Program-made: the position numbers and the translations under genes
Origin: an uncultured Gammaproteobacteria bacterium
GTDB taxonomy: Bacteria; Pseudomonadota; Gammaproteobacteria; Arenicellales; JAANXG01
Assembly: GCA_947258495.1 (NCBI GenBank)
Contig: CAMYIN010000097.1
Coordinates: 11,229 to 75,228 of the forward strand
DNA length: 64,000 bases
Direction of reading: 5' to 3'
In this document: positions 61,102 to 64,000 of the stretch, piece after piece
How positions within the stretch are numbered: the stretch's first letter is position 1
Layout of the letters: every line of letters starts with the position of its first letter
The notes under the pieces: model-generated
What the model was told of the DNA's origin: nothing
What the model saw: only the letters and a program-made list of their open reading frames with translations
Database searches by the model: none

Positions 61102-61848
61102 TCACTGCTTGCCGGCGGCGGTCTGGTTGGCGACCTCCTTGACGGCGGATTGCAAGGTCTCTTCGTCGGCCAGATAATAGTGCTTCGTCGGCGTGAGGTC
61201 GCTGTTGAATTCGTACACCAACGGTATGCCGGTGGGGACGTTCAACTCCATTACGGTCTCGCTGCTCAGGTTGTCCAAGTGCTTGATCAGAGCACGCAAA
61301 CTGTTTCCGTGGGCGGAAACGATGGGTTGTCTTCCGGCCTGCAACAGCGGAACCACTTTCTCCTCCCAGTACGGCACGACACGGGCGAGCGTGTCCTTGA
61401 GGCTCTCCGAGCTGGGGACCTGCTTCAGGCCTTGGTAGCGCGGGTCGTGGCTTGGGTGGCTGGGATCACCGGGATCCAGTTGCGGAGGCCGCACATCGTA
61501 GCCGCGCCGCCATTGCCTGACCTGGTCTTTCCCGTGTTGTTCCACCATCTGTTTCTTGTTGAATCCCTGAAGCGCACCGTAGTGGCGTTCGTTCAAGCGC
61601 CAGTCGGTGTCCACCGAGAGCCACATGCGGTCTAGTTCCTCGAGCACCAGCCAGAGGGTGCGTATGGCGCGCTTGAGATAGGAGGTCAAGGCGATGTCGA
61701 ACTCAAAACCCGACTCTTTCAGGGTCTTGCCCGCAGTTCGCGCCTCCTGGATTCCCCTCTTTGAGAGGTCTACATCGGTCCATCCGGTGAACAGGTTCTG
61801 CGCGTTCCAGGTGCTCTGTCCGTGACGTATCAACACTATTCTCGTCAT
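61102..61848 (-). CDS. gpmA: 2,3-bisphosphoglycerate-dependent phosphoglycerate mutase
   Basis: LIRHGQSTWN, FTGWTDV, RLNERHYGALQG, ESLKD, AHGNSLR, PTGIP. Confidence 0.97.
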   Translation of the reverse strand: MTRIVLIRHGQSTWNAQNLFTGWTDVDLSKRGIQEARTAGKTLKESGFEFDIALTSYLKRAIRTLWLVLEELDRMWLSVDTDWRLNERHYGALQGFNKKQMVEQHGKDQVRQWRRGYDVRPPQLDPGDPSHPSHDPRYQGLKQVPSSESLKDTLARVVPYWEEKVVPLLQAGRQPIVSAHGNSLRALIKHLDNLSSETVMELNVPTGIPLVYEFNSDLTPTKHYYLADEETLQSAVKEVANQTAAGKQ

Positions 61849-62169
61849 TCAGTCTTCCTCAGGCTAGGGCCTATTGAGTCTCCCCGCGCTCATGTGCGGG
61901 AAGCGTCCCGGCGTAGCCGGGATACACTGGACTCGGCCGTCTGTCGGCAGAGCCGCGTCCGACCTCGTCCGTGGCCCGCAGGATTCCATACGGGCATTGC
62001 GTCCGAGCCCGTGGTCTCGCACGGGGTCTTGTTCCGCGACGAAACGCCGCACCGTGCCGGTGTGTGTGCGCGCGCCGTGCGTCGGGATTCGGGCGGGGCG
62101 CCGCCGGCCCCGCGGCTCGGGCACGTTGGGTTTGTGCGCGATTCATTGTAAACCAAGCGCCGCGAGCCA

Positions 62170-62763
62170 TCAGGAAAGCCGTTGCTGAAGTTGCGCCAAC
62201 GCCTGACCGCGGTGACTGAGCCGGTTCTTGGTTTCCGGATCGAGTTCCGCCGCGGTACATCCGTGCGTCGGGACGAAGAACACCGGATCGTAGCCGAACC
62301 CGTTCGACCCGCGCGGTGCTGCCCCTATCCGGCCCTCCCAGGTTCCCTGGGCGATGATCGGTGTGGGATCCAGGGCGTGCCGTAAAAAGACGGCCAGGCA
62401 CTGGAAGCGCGCGCCGCGCTCGTCGGCCGGTACGTCCACCAGGTTCCGCAGGAGTTTTCGCGTATTGTCGTCGTCCGATGCGTTCGGGCCTGCGTAACGC
62501 GCCGAATAGATCCCGGGTGCGCCGTCCAACGCGTCCACCTCGAGGCCGGAATCGTCAGCGATCGCCGGAAGACCGGTCGCCCGGGTGGCGTTTCTTGCTT
62601 TGATGACGGCGTTCTCGACGAACGTCAACCCGGTTTCCTCCACGGATTCCACCCCGAATTCGTTCTGTAAACGTACGCGGACCTGCAGCGGTGCAAGCAG
62701 GGTGTGCAATTCACGCAGCTTTCCGGGGTTTCCAGAAGCCAGCACAATCTGCGGTTTCGGCAT
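62170..62763 (-). CDS. rdgB: non-canonical purine NTP pyrophosphatase
   Basis: [35 protein letters not shown]. Confidence 0.96.
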   Translation of the reverse strand: MPKPQIVLASGNPGKLRELHTLLAPLQVRVRLQNEFGVESVEETGLTFVENAVIKARNATRATGLPAIADDSGLEVDALDGAPGIYSARYAGPNASDDDNTRKLLRNLVDVPADERGARFQCLAVFLRHALDPTPIIAQGTWEGRIGAAPRGSNGFGYDPVFFVPTHGCTAAELDPETKNRLSHRGQALAQLQQRLS

Positions 62764-62776
62764 TGCCAGGCGCTGG

Positions 62777-63514
62777 CTACGAGGTCAGGGCGTTCCGTTG
62801 CATATCGATCAACTCTCGAATACCACGCTCGGCGTATTCCGACATGGTGACGAGTTCATGCATGCAGAATGCTTCACCCTCCGCCGTGCCCTGAATCTCG
62901 ATGAATCTACCGGCCTCGTTCATTACGAAATTCATGTCCGTACCGGCGGTGCTGTCCTCGACGTAATCCAGGTCCAACACCACCTGGTTGTTGTAGATGC
63001 CGGTGGAAACCGAGGCGACCTGCCCGAGCAGGGGATCTTCACGAATCGCCCGGGTCTCGAGTAAGAACGAGACCGCGTCCGAGAGGGCGACATACCCCCC
63101 GGTGATGGCGGCTGTGCGCGTGCCGCCGTCGGCCTGCAACACATCGCAATCGATAGTGATCGTACGTTCACCTATTTTACGCAGGTCTATAATAGCCCTG
63201 AGTGATCGCCCTATGAGACGTTGGATTTCCAGGGTGCGCCCGGATTGCCTGCCCCTCGCCGCTTCGCGCGCGGTTCGAATTCCGGTTGCGCGGGGCAGCA
63301 TTCCGTATTCCGCGGTAACCCAGCCCCTGCCGGCACCGCGCAGAAACCCCGGGATCTTGTCTTCGAGGCTGGCGTTGCACAGTACTCGCGTGTCTCCATA
63401 AGCGATCAGCACCGAACCCTCGGCGTGCTTGGTATAGTGTCTGGTTATTGACACAGGTCGCATCTCGTCGGGAGCGCGTCCACTGGGCCGGACACTGCGT
63501 GACTCGTCAGGCAT
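62777..63514 (-). CDS. rph: ribonuclease PH
   Basis: [48 protein letters not shown]. Confidence 0.97.
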   Translation of the reverse strand: MPDESRSVRPSGRAPDEMRPVSITRHYTKHAEGSVLIAYGDTRVLCNASLEDKIPGFLRGAGRGWVTAEYGMLPRATGIRTAREAARGRQSGRTLEIQRLIGRSLRAIIDLRKIGERTITIDCDVLQADGGTRTAAITGGYVALSDAVSFLLETRAIREDPLLGQVASVSTGIYNNQVVLDLDYVEDSTAGTDMNFVMNEAGRFIEIQGTAEGEAFCMHELVTMSEYAERGIRELIDMQRNALTS

Positions 63515-63651
63515 GCTATTGATCAGACGATGGCTCTCAGTTTCTTAATTGCGGGCCGGGCTAGTATAAAGTAGCAGTCAACACTGAGCGAGTCCTGCCG
63601 TGACAGCGGGCGAGTGGCCCCGACGAGGCGAGACGCCGACGGTCGATTCGT

Positions 63652-64000
63652 CTAGATAATGTCGTCGATCTTGTTGACGAACGATTCTATGTCCGCGAGC
63701 TTGCTGCCCAGGTTTGCCTTCGGCTTTTGGGTGCCGTTCGCGTCTGCGTCCGTCTCCGCGGTTTGGTTGCTGCGTGCCTCCCAGATCTTGTCCTGATCGA
63801 GCTCGGGAACGGAGAGTTTGTAGAGAGGTGTACCGGTGGTCGATGGTTCTTCCCAGCGGAACAGGACGGCGCTTAGATTGTCGCAATCTTTCGGTTGTGC
63901 CCGTTGCGCATGCGACAGCAGTGATTCGATTCCATCTTCGATCTGCGCTGCATTGGCGTGAGATTCGAGGTCTCTCGTTTTCAACGCTCGCCAGATCCCG
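63652..64000 (-). CDS. C-terminal part of a probable PP2C-family Ser/Thr phosphatase (truncated by window edge)
   Basis: DNLSAVLFRW resembles PP2C motif 11; position directly upstream of rph. Confidence 0.55.
   Translation of the reverse strand, partial: GIWRALKTRDLESHANAAQIEDGIESLLSHAQRAQPKDCDNLSAVLFRWEEPSTTGTPLYKLSVPELDQDKIWEARSNQTAETDADANGTQKPKANLGSKLADIESFVNKIDDII

Overview
GC-rich, densely coding window from a Gammaproteobacterium, probably a marine sulfur-oxidising chemolithotroph (inference). It is mostly core housekeeping: mtgA, zapE, rraA, yrfG-nudE-cysQ, dapF-yigA-xerC, hemB-ubiE-ubiJ-ubiB, iscR-sufBCDS-sufT-Rieske ferredoxin, ctpA-envC, ArsR-rhodanese-secB-gpsA, trmL-hemW, thrH, a CpxP/OmpR/HK locus, an RND pump, gpmA and rdgB-rph. 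I found no rRNA, tRNA, CRISPR array, IS or prophage. Main oddities: (1) a secreted, nearly uncharged protein with ten gap-free 9-residue repeats [FW]MNPxxYxx (56583-57254). It is divergent from a membrane-anchored Cys-tail protein and lies near a TlpA thioredoxin. Its promoter carries a TATATAAG-N6-CTAATATA palindrome resembling a site at the promoter of the two-Cys BigR/SqrR-type ArsR gene, which suggests a candidate persulfide-regulated periplasmic structural/redox module. (2) A tandem HAD hydrolase with DWH instead of DxD in both halves. (3) A membrane pyrophosphatase next to a PPi-dependent PFK, with an unknown small protein between them. (4) A DsrC-like protein lacking the C-terminal Cys. 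(5) A small Arg-rich GPxRR ORF. (6) The rph-rdgB-hemW operon is split by about 20 kb. All calls come from motif recognition by eye; no searches were run.
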